A stretch of DNA of 48,264 nucleotides from an uncultured Akkermansia sp. (GCA_964435145.1 CAYSYD010000001.1:1-48264); one strand, 5' to 3'. Shown: positions 1 through 9,777, numbered from the stretch's first letter. Notes: generated from the sequence alone by a model not told the origin. A program made the numbers and translations.

Positions 1-56
1 GAGATATCCGCCTCCTTATCGAAAATGATGTGCGTTTCCTCGCCCAGTTCCAATAA
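1..56 (+). CDS. pheS: Phenylalanine-tRNA ligase alpha subunit, C-terminal fragment (partial)
   Basis: Frame 3 reads DIRLLIENDVRFLAQFQ* (TAA at 54-56), matching the PheS C-terminal DIR-F-ENDLRFL-QF pattern, directly upstream of pheT. Confidence 0.93.
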   Translation, partial: DIRLLIENDVRFLAQFQ

Positions 57-86
57 CCATTCCCACTCCATTTATTTTTCCGATTT

Positions 87-2582
87 ATGAATATCTCTCT
101 TAATTGGCTCTCCAGCTATATTGACCTGCAGGGACTCGGCACTCAGGAAATGGCCGATATGCTCACCTTCGCCGGTATCGAGGTGGAGGGCATCCAAGAA
201 CGCGGTGTGACCACGGAACTCGTGGTTGTGGCCCAAGTGGTGGAAAAAACGCCCGTGGAGGGCAGCGACCATTTGAATGTTTGCATGGTGGATGCGGGGG
301 AAGGCTCCCTGCGCCAAATTGTGTGCGGTGCCCGGAATTACAAGGTGGGCGATAAGGTGCCCTGCGCCCTGCCCGGAGCAGTGCTGCCCGGCGGCTGGGA
401 AATTAAGGAGGGCAAGCTGCGCGGTGTGGATAGCCGCGGTATGCTTTGCTCCGCCTCGGAATTGGGCCTGCCGGATAAGGAACACGGGCTGTGGATTCTT
501 CCCGGGGAGTATGCCATCGGCACGCCGGTGCGCAGCTTTGTGGAGACGGATACGATTTTTGAGCTGGAAATTACGCCTAATCGCCCGGATTTGCTGAGCC
601 ACTGGGGCATGGCGCGCGAGCTGGCCGGCATTACCGGCCGCACGCTGAAGGCCGACCCGGCCGAGGCACCCACCGCAGCCATCGAAACGCAGGCTGCCGG
701 GGATGCGATTACGCTTTCCGCGCCGGATATTTGCCCGCTCTACACGGCTACGCGCATTTCCGGCGTAAAGATTGGTCCCTCCCCGGAGTGGCTGGCCAAT
801 CGTCTGGTAGCCATTGGGCTGCGCCCCATTAACAATGTGGTGGATATTACGAACTATTGCCTCTTTGAGCTGGGACACCCTCTGCATGCTTTCGATGCCG
901 CCAAGCTGACCGGCGGGCTGAATATCCGCCGCGCAGCAGAGGGGGAATCTTTCACCAGCCTGATGGAGGAGGAATACAGCCTGAAGGCAGACGATGTGGT
1001 GATTTCCGATGCTTCCGGCGCAGCGCTGGCGCTGGGTGGCGTGATGGGCGGGCTGGAGAGTGGCGTAACGGAGGCCACCACGGATATTCTGCTGGAGTCC
1101 GCATGGTTCAACCGCAGTAACATTCGCTTTACCAGCCGCCGTTTGGGGCTGGGCTCGGATTCCTCGTACCGTTTCGAGCGCGGCACCTCTCCTTGGAATG
1201 TGCTGCGTGCTGCGGCCCGCGCCACGCAGCTTATTCTGGAATGCTGCGGCGGCACTGCCGGCCCCGTGCTGGTGGGCGGGCAGGCTCCCTGCCTTGTGCC
1301 GGAGGAGAATGCCCCCACTGCCACTGTGCTGGAACAAGGCACGCAGGCTAAAATCTACTACGCTCTGGACCAGGTGAAGCTCGATTGGAAGGAGCTGGAT
1401 GTGATGACGAATGCCTCCCTGCCCCATATGGAGGGTGCCCGCATTCTCCGCCATCTCGGCCTGCGAGATGTGGATGGCAAGGGCACTTGGGATTGCCCGC
1501 CCTGGCGCTTGGACCTCAAGCGCAGTTGCGATCTTTTGGAGGAAATGGTGCGCGTGTATGGTATTGATAATATCCCGGCCACAAATACGGCTATTTTTGT
1601 GGAGGAAAGTGCCCACGACCGCGCCAACGATTACCGCATGGGCTTGGCTCGCAAGCTGGCCGGTGCCGGTTTCTGGGAGGTGCAGACCTTCAAGCTCATT
1701 GCCGCAGAAAGCATAGACCCGACGATTGCCGGGGTGGAGAATGCCCTGCCCATCAAACCCCTGATGGAGGGGGATATTATCCGCGTATCCCTGCCCATCT
1801 CGGAGGATCACTCCACGCTGCGCCCCTCTCTGGCGCCCGGGCTGCTGGCTGTGGCAGCTCGCAACATTAACCAAGGTATGGAGGTGCTACGATTCTTCGA
1901 AATGGGGCGCGTGTTCCGCAATACCGGCGGTGGCAAGGGCAAGGATATCGAGAACGAGGTGCTGGGTATCTTTATGGCCGGCCGTCTCACTCCGGCCAGC
2001 TGGGCTTGCACCAAGCCTGCGGAGGTGCATTTTGAGCATTTGCGCGCTGTGCTGGATACGCTGGTGCCGAAGGCGGATATTGCGCTGGTACCCTCCCGCC
2101 AAAGCCGCCCGGCTGCCGCGCTGGGAGCGGATATTCAGATTAACAACCAAGCCTGCGGTTATGTGGCACGCCTTGCCCTCCGGAAATGCCGCGATTTGGG
2201 GCTGCCTCTGGAGTGCTACTACGCAGAGCTGGATCTCCGCAAGTTGCAACAGGTAGCCACGGCTCCTTTCAAGGCGGCGGAGTTGCCCCAATTCCCCGGC
2301 TCCGGGCGCGATGCAACCTTGGATGTGCCGGCTTCCCTCACGCATGCGGAGGTGGTGAAGGCAATTCAGGCGGCTAAGCAGAAGCTGCTGGTTTCCTATG
2401 CCCTCAAGGATGTGTTCTGCGACCCCTCCGGCGAAAAGTTGCCTGCCGACCGCAAGGCGGTAACGTATACCTTCCTGTACCGCGATGCGAAGAAGACCCT
2501 CACCGCGCAGGAGGTGGATGCCGCCCACAAGCAGGTGCTGGATACTCTTACGGCTAAAATAAAGAACTTGAGTTTCCGCTAA
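87..2582 (+). CDS. pheT: Phenylalanine-tRNA ligase beta subunit
   Basis: MNISLNWL start, QIVCGA and SRGMLCS (OB fold), ITPNRPDLLSHWGMARE, INNVVDITNY, HPLHAFD, YRFERG, DLLEEMVRVYG, C-terminal FDX-ACB-like domain. Confidence 0.98.
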   Translation: MNISLNWLSSYIDLQGLGTQEMADMLTFAGIEVEGIQERGVTTELVVVAQVVEKTPVEGSDHLNVCMVDAGEGSLRQIVCGARNYKVGDKVPCALPGAVLPGGWEIKEGKLRGVDSRGMLCSASELGLPDKEHGLWILPGEYAIGTPVRSFVETDTIFELEITPNRPDLLSHWGMARELAGITGRTLKADPAEAPTAAIETQAAGDAITLSAPDICPLYTATRISGVKIGPSPEWLANRLVAIGLRPINNVVDITNYCLFELGHPLHAFDAAKLTGGLNIRRAAEGESFTSLMEEEYSLKADDVVISDASGAALALGGVMGGLESGVTEATTDILLESAWFNRSNIRFTSRRLGLGSDSSYRFERGTSPWNVLRAAARATQLILECCGGTAGPVLVGGQAPCLVPEENAPTATVLEQGTQAKIYYALDQVKLDWKELDVMTNASLPHMEGARILRHLGLRDVDGKGTWDCPPWRLDLKRSCDLLEEMVRVYGIDNIPATNTAIFVEESAHDRANDYRMGLARKLAGAGFWEVQTFKLIAAESIDPTIAGVENALPIKPLMEGDIIRVSLPISEDHSTLRPSLAPGLLAVAARNINQGMEVLRFFEMGRVFRNTGGGKGKDIENEVLGIFMAGRLTPASWACTKPAEVHFEHLRAVLDTLVPKADIALVPSRQSRPAAALGADIQINNQACGYVARLALRKCRDLGLPLECYYAELDLRKLQQVATAPFKAAELPQFPGSGRDATLDVPASLTHAEVVKAIQAAKQKLLVSYALKDVFCDPSGEKLPADRKAVTYTFLYRDAKKTLTAQEVDAAHKQVLDTLTAKIKNLSFR

Positions 2583-2610
2583 AGCCTCCTCTATTCCGTC
2601 CGATTTGCAG

Positions 2611-2646
2611 GCACCTGTGCAGCTGTACTGCACAGGTGCTTTTTTT
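2611..2646 (+). terminator. Intrinsic terminator of pheST
   Basis: Perfect 12-bp stem GCACCTGTGCAG/CTGCACAGGTGC, 5-nt loop, then T7. Confidence 0.9.
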
Positions 2647-2664
2647 ACCGGTGATAAAGGGGCA

Positions 2665-4797
2665 TTATTTTCCGGAGCCCTTCCAGGGTTCAGCCTCGGC
2701 AAAGTCCTTATCGAACTGGTCCACCCACTCGCGCTCCTGCGGGGAGAGGGCGGCGCGGCGTTCTTTTTCCAAGCGGCGGCGCTCGGCCTGTTCTTTCTTG
2801 CGGGCTTCGGCGGCGGCCTTTTTCTCCTCTTGGCGGCGCTTTTTCTCCTCCAGAGCCTTGCGTTTGGCTATATCTTTATCCTCCACCACCATGGGGAAGA
2901 AATCATCCGCATCGCTGCCTATGCGCTCGTTCTTGGTGGAGTGGGCAATAAAGCGGCGGCCATCCCACTGCACGGCCACTACGGTGGTATAACCCTCCGG
3001 CAGGTGCACCTCGGTGGATTTAAAATCGCTCGTGTTCAGCCCGCGAAGGTTAACGCGCACCAGTTCCTTATCCTTATACACCTCGAAAGCCACAGCGTTC
3101 TCCCACTTATCCGCCGGCACAAGGGCTTTGTTCCCTTGAATTTCGAATTTGTAACCCACGCTGGGTTTAATATTCTTCTTATCGCGGTACAGCTCCATGC
3201 TGTACGCCGTGATGTAGTAGATGACGCCGGAATCCGGGGAGGGGTACTGCTCCGCGTACTCCAGAAGTTCTTTGCACATTTCCTCCGTAATGACGACCCA
3301 TTGGGAGGAGTAGTCCTCCACCTTGCGGTTCATGGGTGCAAGCATGCCGGTCTGGGCAAAATACTCCGTGAGGTTGAGCTTGGCAGAATCGCAGGCGCGG
3401 CGCAGGAAGTTGATGCGGTGGTCGCCGTGGGTCATTTGGCTTTCGTCCGCTTTGCGGCATTCCTCGAAAATGCGGGCATAGAAATGTTTATCCCCACGCG
3501 CTTCCGCCAGATACAGCTGCAACTGCCAAAGCGGGCAGCAGCTTACAAAGGGATCCCCCGTCATCACGCCGCGCACCACGTTGCTCTCATTTTCCATCTT
3601 GAGGCGTCCGGGCACGCGGCCGCCATCGCCCGGACCCTGCTGGTACTGCCAGAGGTGGCGCAGCACAAGTGCGCTGTTCACAAAGCTATCGAAGCGGGCT
3701 CCGCGCATGTGAACACCGCCGAAGGAGCCGCCGCCTTCGTACTCGTAACGTACTTGGGTGGGGTTAAAGCGGAAATTGGTCAGTACGGAGAAGAGGTTAT
3801 TCGTCACCTCCTGCGTACCGCCCCACATCATCCCCGGGCGGGTTTGGTCCACATGGCCGAATTCGTGTGCCAAGGCCCAGCTGCCGCCAGTGCGGATGCT
3901 ATCGGGGTTCACCAAACCGGGTACGGCTGTGTGAATATAGGCACCGCCCAAGCCATCCGCCCACATGAACCCCTTCCAGATGCAGCGGCCCATCATGTGG
4001 TTACCGGGGTTGATGTTATAGTAATCCCAGCCCATGATTTCGTGCTGAATGGCCACAATTTCATCGTTGAGGCGCAGCATTTCCGGGCCGCGTACCGGGC
4101 AGCCTTCGCGCAGGGCTTCGATGTTGTAGATGAGCTGGCAGCGCTCGCCCATGATGTCCATGGTGCGGGTGGAGCAATTCGCCAGCAGTTGTTTCCACAC
4201 CTTCTCATCATCATGGTGGGTAAAAATGCCGTTAATCTTACCGCCTTTCACGGACACCTCAATCTGCGGAGCTGTATCCGGTTCCTCATCCCGGTAATCC
4301 ACATAAAGCAGCCCCGTATGCTGCACGACGATGTTATTCATCCCGGAGCGCAAATCGTAGCTGCCACCGCCATCGCCCTCCGGGCCGAAATCTCGCACCA
4401 GCAGCTTAATTGCCGTGCGCGGGTTCCCCTTCAGCGCAATGGAGAGGCGCTCTCCGGACCTCACATATATGCCCAGTGGATTCTCGTAACTGGAATAGTT
4501 AGAAATCTTCATCCGTTGGCGCATGGTGCCCAGCGGAAGGTAGGCACCCAACTTGCGGTGGCGGTAATTTTTTTCTGCCGTGCCGGGGTAGCCTTTATTC
4601 AGGCCGGATAAGTCCGTGCGGATGGGGAAGGTGTATTCCGGTTCTTCGTTCTTGTCTCCCCTGCCCTTTTTGCCTTTCTTGGCTTTTTTGGCCACCTTGG
4701 CTGCCTTATCTCCGCGGGTGGGGCGCGCATCCGCCTCCGGCGGCAACAGCAATCCCAGCAGGAGGAGCAGGCTCAACAGTAAATGAAAAATCTTCAT
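2665..4797 (-). CDS. Secreted M60-like (PF13402) zinc metallopeptidase, probable mucin O-glycopeptidase
   Basis: Signal peptide, NPLGIYV, gluzincin motif WALAHEFGH...QEVTNN, LWQLQLY, charged C-terminal coil. Confidence 0.9.
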   Translation of the reverse strand: MKIFHLLLSLLLLLGLLLPPEADARPTRGDKAAKVAKKAKKGKKGRGDKNEEPEYTFPIRTDLSGLNKGYPGTAEKNYRHRKLGAYLPLGTMRQRMKISNYSSYENPLGIYVRSGERLSIALKGNPRTAIKLLVRDFGPEGDGGGSYDLRSGMNNIVVQHTGLLYVDYRDEEPDTAPQIEVSVKGGKINGIFTHHDDEKVWKQLLANCSTRTMDIMGERCQLIYNIEALREGCPVRGPEMLRLNDEIVAIQHEIMGWDYYNINPGNHMMGRCIWKGFMWADGLGGAYIHTAVPGLVNPDSIRTGGSWALAHEFGHVDQTRPGMMWGGTQEVTNNLFSVLTNFRFNPTQVRYEYEGGGSFGGVHMRGARFDSFVNSALVLRHLWQYQQGPGDGGRVPGRLKMENESNVVRGVMTGDPFVSCCPLWQLQLYLAEARGDKHFYARIFEECRKADESQMTHGDHRINFLRRACDSAKLNLTEYFAQTGMLAPMNRKVEDYSSQWVVITEEMCKELLEYAEQYPSPDSGVIYYITAYSMELYRDKKNIKPSVGYKFEIQGNKALVPADKWENAVAFEVYKDKELVRVNLRGLNTSDFKSTEVHLPEGYTTVVAVQWDGRRFIAHSTKNERIGSDADDFFPMVVEDKDIAKRKALEEKKRRQEEKKAAAEARKKEQAERRRLEKERRAALSPQEREWVDQFDKDFAEAEPWKGSGK

Positions 4798-4818
4798 ATG
4801 TACGGGTATGTGCCTTGT

Positions 4819-5232
4819 TTAGCGGGCGCGATTCAGTATTTTTTTCACCTCCGGGGAACCGGCTACATCCAGCGGAGTCTCGTCCTTTTTGTTCCGCACG
4901 GTGGCACCGGCACCGGCCTTGATGAGGGCAACCACGCAATCTTTTTTACCATAGCGGGCAGCCACATGCAAGGCGGTTTCCCCGGCGGAGTTTTGCTCAT
5001 TCACATCCATGCCCTCCTGCAGGCGTTGTTCAATCACTGCCACATCTCCGGCCCGGGCGGCCTCGTGCAGGGAGAATACGCCATTGCTGCGGTACATGAT
5101 ATCCGGCAGCATACGCTGCTCTGTTTTTTCTTTGCCCTTGCGGGCTTTTTTTCCGCCACGGGCGGGGGCAGCCTGCACGGCCAGAGCCCCCAAACAGCAT
5201 AGCATGAGTAGTAGGTGTAGTGTGTATCTCAT
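4819..5232 (-). CDS. Secreted small ankyrin-repeat protein
   Basis: Signal peptide, then SLHEAARAGD, GETALHVAARYG and ETPLDVA ankyrin motifs; ends 21 bp upstream of the M60 gene. Confidence 0.88.
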   Translation of the reverse strand: MRYTLHLLLMLCCLGALAVQAAPARGGKKARKGKEKTEQRMLPDIMYRSNGVFSLHEAARAGDVAVIEQRLQEGMDVNEQNSAGETALHVAARYGKKDCVVALIKAGAGATVRNKKDETPLDVAGSPEVKKILNRAR

Positions 5233-5353
5233 AACATGGCTCAGCGCGCATCACGGCACTGCACCCCGGCAGTATACTACAACACCCTTATCCATAGCAA
5301 CCAAAAAGCTCCTTGCTTCGCATAGATCTTTCTCTTTGGTGTATAAAGGAGGC

Positions 5354-5381
5354 TTGATTTTCAGGAATAAAGTGGTATATT
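5354..5381 (+). promoter_or_regulatory. Sigma70-type promoter of the symporter gene
   Basis: TTGATT-N16-TATATT with TG extended -10, 13 nt before ATG 5395. Confidence 0.55.
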
Positions 5382-5394
5382 TCCGGGGATTAAC

Positions 5395-6798
5395 ATGGAT
5401 ATTTTCTCGCAAATAATCGATTGGGCAAACGGGATTCTCTGGACGTATGTTCTGGTGGCTATGCTGATTAGCTGTGCCATTTGGTTTACCCTGCGCTGCA
5501 AGGGGGTGCAGCTCACCATGCTGAGGGATATTCCCACGATCTTCCGCAACTGTACCCACGAGGGGCAGGAGGAGGATGTGGAGCGTATCTCCTCTTTCCA
5601 AGCCTTTGCGATTTCTATTGCAAGCCGCGTGGGTACGGGGAATCTGGCCGGTGTGGCGGTGGCTATTGCCATGGGGGGGCCCGGTGCGGTGTTCTGGATG
5701 TGGCTCATTGCGTTTTTGGGTGCCAGCAGTGCCTTTGTGGAATCCACGCTTGCCCAGCTTTATAAGATAAAGGGGGAGTCTTCCTTCATTGGGGGGCCGG
5801 CGTATTATATGAGCATCGGGCTTAAGAAGCCATGGATGGGGGCTATTTTCTCCGTGCTGCTTATCTTTACCTTTGGTTTTGCCTTCAACTCCGTGCAGAG
5901 TAACACTATTTGCCAGGCCTTTGAGGAGGCTTACGATATTTCCCCTTCGTACATGGGCACTGTGCTTACCCTCATCACCGTGGCCATTATCTTCGGCGGC
6001 ATCCAGAGTATTGCCCGCGTGAGCAGCATTATCGTCCCCTTCATGGCCCTGGGGTATATTGCGCTGGCTCTCACGATTATTGCCATGAATATGGCGGAGA
6101 TTCCTGCCGTGCTTCAGCTCATCTTCTCCCATGCCTTTGGCTGGGAGCAGGGATTGGCCGGCGGGGTGGGCGCCGCCATCCAGCAGGGTATACGCCGCGG
6201 GCTGTACAGCAATGAGGCCGGTATGGGCTCTGCGCCGAATGTGGCAGCCACGGCGGATGTTTCCCACCCGGTAAAGCAGGGCAAGGTGCAGGCCATCAGT
6301 GTGTTTAGCGATACGCTCATTATCTGCTCCTGCACGGCCTTCATCATCCTTGCAAGCGGGGTGGATTATACCGGGGAGGCTAATGGCATTAAACTCACGC
6401 AAATGGCGCTCTGCCACCAGATTGGCCCTTGGGGAAACAGTATTGTAGCCATTGCTATTTTCTGCTTCGCTTACAGCAGTGTGCTGGGTAATTATTACTA
6501 CGGCGAGGCCAATATCCGCTTCCTGAGCCAAAAAGCGTGGGTGCTGGCGGCTTACCGCATCGTTGTGGCAGGTATGGTACTTTTCGGCTCCGTGGCCAAT
6601 TTACGCCTTGTGTGGAACTTGGCGGATTTCTTTATGGGGTTGATGACGATTTGCAATCTGATTGCTATTATGCTGCTGGGCAAATATGCCTTCCGCCTGC
6701 TGGAGGATTACCGGGCACAAAAGCGCCAAGGCATTACAGACCCCGCTTTCTCCAAGGAGAAGATGCCCGATATTGCGGATGATTTACAGTGCTGGTGA
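5395..6798 (+). CDS. Alanine/glycine:cation symporter (AGCS family)
   Basis: ASRVGTGNLAGVA, GGPGAVFWMW, GGPAYY, RRGLYSNEAGMGSAP, HPVKQG, DTLIICSCTA; many transmembrane helices. Confidence 0.95.
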   Translation: MDIFSQIIDWANGILWTYVLVAMLISCAIWFTLRCKGVQLTMLRDIPTIFRNCTHEGQEEDVERISSFQAFAISIASRVGTGNLAGVAVAIAMGGPGAVFWMWLIAFLGASSAFVESTLAQLYKIKGESSFIGGPAYYMSIGLKKPWMGAIFSVLLIFTFGFAFNSVQSNTICQAFEEAYDISPSYMGTVLTLITVAIIFGGIQSIARVSSIIVPFMALGYIALALTIIAMNMAEIPAVLQLIFSHAFGWEQGLAGGVGAAIQQGIRRGLYSNEAGMGSAPNVAATADVSHPVKQGKVQAISVFSDTLIICSCTAFIILASGVDYTGEANGIKLTQMALCHQIGPWGNSIVAIAIFCFAYSSVLGNYYYGEANIRFLSQKAWVLAAYRIVVAGMVLFGSVANLRLVWNLADFFMGLMTICNLIAIMLLGKYAFRLLEDYRAQKRQGITDPAFSKEKMPDIADDLQCW

Positions 6799-6816
6799 AT
6801 CCGGCAAAAAATGGAT

Positions 6817-6853
6817 GGGCGGGGAAGCAGCACCCTCACTGCCTTCCCCGCCC
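6817..6853. terminator. GC-rich hairpin between the convergent symporter and dnaN genes
   Basis: GGGCGGGGAA-GCAG...CTGC-C-TTCCCCGCCC stem; U-tracts are weak or displaced. Confidence 0.55.
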
Positions 6854-6897
6854 TGACTGTTACCTGAAAAAAGGGGCTTTCCGTTCCTTCCGCCGGT

Positions 6898-7983
6898 TTA
6901 CACGCGGATGGGCATAAGGACGTACAGGAACTCATCCGCCACGCGCATTACGCCGGGGCTGGAGGTGTCAATCAAATCAATGCATACATCCTGCTCTCCC
7001 ACGGATTTGAGGGGTGCCAGCACATAATCGGCATTGAAGGAGATGGAAATCTCGCGGCCGTTGTAATCGATGGGTACTTCTTCATTAGCCTCGCCCATGT
7101 TGGCGCTGGATTGCACGGACATTACACCGGGGGTAAAGCGGAAGCTCACGGTGTTGGTCTTTTCGGAGGAGAGGAGAGCTACGCGGCGTACGGCGGCGTT
7201 GAGTTCCTGCGCAGGAATAACGACGCGCTCGTTGTACCGGCTGGGAATCACTTGGCGGTAGTTCGGGTAGTTGCCATCGATGAGCTTGGTTACCAGCAGG
7301 GTATCCCCGAAATCGAAGGAGGCCTGGTTGCTGGTAATGCGGATGAGGACTTCCCCGGCATCCCCCAGAAGGCGGTGTACCTCCGCCACGGCACGGCTGG
7401 GAATATCGATGCACACTTGCTGGGATTCCGGGAATTCCAGCTCGCTCTCAAAGAGAGCCAGACGGCGGCCATCCGTGGCCACAAGCGTGAGCTTGCCATC
7501 CTGGAAGCAGGTGTATATACCGTTAAGCACATAGCGAGTGCCATCGTTGGAAATGGCAAACTCCGTGTACGCAAAACCTTTGCTCAGCACGGCCTGCTGC
7601 ACTTTGAATTCGCGAGCTTCCTTGAAGGCGGGCAATGCGGGGAATTCATTGGCCGGCAATCCGTTGAGTTTGAATTGAGCGCGGTTGCAACGAATGGTAG
7701 CCACGCTGCCATTCACCTCGATGCTCACCTCACCATCGCGCAGCTCGCGGATAATGCTCTGGAGCTTCTTGGCCGGCAGGGTAATGGCTCCCGGTTTCTC
7801 CACCAGGCAGGGCACCTTGGTCTCAATGGTCAGCTCCATGTTCGTGGTGCAGAGCTTCAGCTCCCCCTCCGAGGCATCCAGCAGCACATTGGAAAGAATG
7901 GGCATGCTGGGGCGCGTGGAAACCACGCCGGCCACCTTGTTAATGCCATCAAGCAGAACCTGTTTTGCGAGTGCGAATTTCAT
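6898..7983 (-). CDS. dnaN: DNA polymerase III beta sliding clamp
   Basis: PILSNVLL, RYVLNG, VATDGRRLA, LIDGNYPNYRQVIP, C-terminal YVLMPIRV; SD AGGAG at 7989-7993. Confidence 0.98.
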   Translation of the reverse strand: MKFALAKQVLLDGINKVAGVVSTRPSMPILSNVLLDASEGELKLCTTNMELTIETKVPCLVEKPGAITLPAKKLQSIIRELRDGEVSIEVNGSVATIRCNRAQFKLNGLPANEFPALPAFKEAREFKVQQAVLSKGFAYTEFAISNDGTRYVLNGIYTCFQDGKLTLVATDGRRLALFESELEFPESQQVCIDIPSRAVAEVHRLLGDAGEVLIRITSNQASFDFGDTLLVTKLIDGNYPNYRQVIPSRYNERVVIPAQELNAAVRRVALLSSEKTNTVSFRFTPGVMSVQSSANMGEANEEVPIDYNGREISISFNADYVLAPLKSVGEQDVCIDLIDTSSPGVMRVADEFLYVLMPIRV

Positions 7984-8004
7984 AATAACTCCTTTGTTGA
8001 GATT

Positions 8005-8033
8005 ATTTTACTTTCTCTATGCCATGCTGGCAA
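8005..8033 (-). promoter_or_regulatory. Sigma70 promoter of dnaN
   Basis: Minus strand TTGCCA-N17-TAAAAT upstream of SD and ATG. Confidence 0.7.
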
Positions 8034-8153
8034 GCAAAAAGATGCATTTTCGCAAGATTTTCTACCATTTTTCTTTTAGCGGTACTATATCTTGTATATC
8101 CCTTCCCCTAGTGGCGCAAGAATCCGAAGATGAGGGGAGGCGGCGGAAAAAAT

Positions 8154-8182
8154 TTGCAATTAAGGGGTGGCTTTGGTAACAT
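8154..8182 (+). promoter_or_regulatory. Sigma70 promoter of uvrC (predicted leaderless)
   Basis: TTGCAA-N17-TAACAT, 6 nt before ATG 8189, no SD. Confidence 0.65.
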
Positions 8183-8188
8183 GCGTGC

Positions 8189-9742
8189 ATGGCGAAGGTG
8201 AACCTCAAGGAGAAATGGCGCGGTGTGCCGCACCGGCCCGGGGTGTACCTGATGAAGGGGGAAGGCGGCGGGGTTATCTATGTGGGCAAGGCAAAGGATT
8301 TGAAACGGCGGCTGGCCAATTATTTTTCTCCCTCCCGCGCCACGCTGGAAAACGGCAAGACGCGCGCCCTCATTGCCGCCATAGAGGATTTTGACTATTA
8401 CGAGGTGCGCAATGAGCAGGAAAGCCTCATTCTGGAGCAAAAGCTTATTAAGGAATACCGCCCGCATTACAACGTGCAGCTGCGGGATGATAAGCGCTAT
8501 TACCTGCTGCGTGCTGCGCGGCAGGAGGAATTTCCGCATTTTTCTCTGGTGCGGCTGCGCAAGGACGACGGGGCGCGCTACATAGGGCCTTTTGTGCATT
8601 CCTCTGCCCTGCGGGAAACGGTGGAATGGCTCAACCACCGTTTCCGGCTGCGCACATGCACCTGCCGCCACCCGGGGGAGGAGCAGTACCGCCATTGCCA
8701 CGATGATGAGATACGCCATTGCTCCGCCCCCTGCATTGGCCGCATTGCTGCGGAGGAGTACCGCGCACAGTTCGAGGCAGCGCTGGGGTTGTTCGAAGGG
8801 CGCGGGCGCCGGGAGCATCTGGAAGCTCTGGAGGCGGAGATGATGCAGGCCGCAGAAGCACTGGAGTTTGAAAAAGCTGCCCGGTTGCGCGATGTACGGG
8901 AGAATATCCTGCGCACGCTGGAACCCGCCCGGCGCTTCGCCCGCCGCGCCCCGGATTTGCCCGGCACCGTAAACCCGGACCGCGATTTGGCGGAACTGGC
9001 CGCTGCACTGGGCATGGCAGAGCCCCCCGCCATTATGGAGTGCTTCGATATTTCTAACCTCTCCAGCAACCACATCGTGGCCTCCATGGTGCGTTTCACC
9101 CATGGGCGCCCGGATAATACCGCCTACCGCCGCTACCGTATTCGGGATGTGGATGGACAGAATGATTTTGCCTCCATGCTGGAGGTGGTGCGCCGCCGCT
9201 ACTCCCGCATTGTGAACGAGAGTCAGGCCGTGGCCGCCTGCCCGCCCGGGGAGGATTTGTACACTTGGTTGCGTGCCCTCAGCGCGGAGGGGAAAGCCCC
9301 CATCACCGTGCCGCACCTCGTGGTGGTGGATGGCGGCAAGGGGCAGCTTTCCACGGCCATGCGTGTGCTGGCGGAAATCGGCCTGCAAAACATGCCTGTG
9401 GTGGGGCTCGCTAAGCGCGATGAGGAGGTTTTCCTGCCCGGCAGGGAGAAACCACTGCCGCTGGAATACGGCTGCGGCGCCTTGCGGCTCCTCCAGCGCC
9501 TGCGCGATGAGGCGCACCGCTTTGCCAATAATTACAACGAGCTGCTGGTTCGCAGGCGTGTGCGGGAAAGCCGTTTGGATGCTTACCCCGGCATGACTCC
9601 GCGCCGCAAGGAACTCCTGCTGGCGCGCTTTCACACCGTGCCGGGCATCCGTGCCCGCTCCCCGGAGGAGATTGCCGAGCTACCCGGCATATCCCTCCGC
9701 TGGGCAAAGGATTTCTGCACTTGGCTCCGGGAGCATAAATAA
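8189..9742 (+). CDS. uvrC: Excinuclease ABC subunit C
   Basis: GIY-YIG (PGVYLM...IYVGKAKDL), Cys cluster, UVR domain (LEFEKAARLRD), ECFDISN, VDGGKGQL, LQRLRDEAHRFA, HhH tail. Confidence 0.97.
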   Translation: MAKVNLKEKWRGVPHRPGVYLMKGEGGGVIYVGKAKDLKRRLANYFSPSRATLENGKTRALIAAIEDFDYYEVRNEQESLILEQKLIKEYRPHYNVQLRDDKRYYLLRAARQEEFPHFSLVRLRKDDGARYIGPFVHSSALRETVEWLNHRFRLRTCTCRHPGEEQYRHCHDDEIRHCSAPCIGRIAAEEYRAQFEAALGLFEGRGRREHLEALEAEMMQAAEALEFEKAARLRDVRENILRTLEPARRFARRAPDLPGTVNPDRDLAELAAALGMAEPPAIMECFDISNLSSNHIVASMVRFTHGRPDNTAYRRYRIRDVDGQNDFASMLEVVRRRYSRIVNESQAVAACPPGEDLYTWLRALSAEGKAPITVPHLVVVDGGKGQLSTAMRVLAEIGLQNMPVVGLAKRDEEVFLPGREKPLPLEYGCGALRLLQRLRDEAHRFANNYNELLVRRRVRESRLDAYPGMTPRRKELLLARFHTVPGIRARSPEEIAELPGISLRWAKDFCTWLREHK

Positions 9743-9777
9743 GCCCTGCCCTGCATGCAGAGGCTTTATTCCGAACT

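Noticed and set aside
5233..5394. Glycine riboswitch upstream of the symporter, and DnaA-box-like TTATCCATA at 5288
   Set aside because: No aptamer motifs, and the promoter sits right at the gene; a single mismatched box is chance-level.
7984..8188. oriC or SOS box between dnaN and uvrC
   Set aside because: No DnaA-box cluster, no dnaA, and no clear LexA-type palindrome; two divergent promoters explain most of the region.
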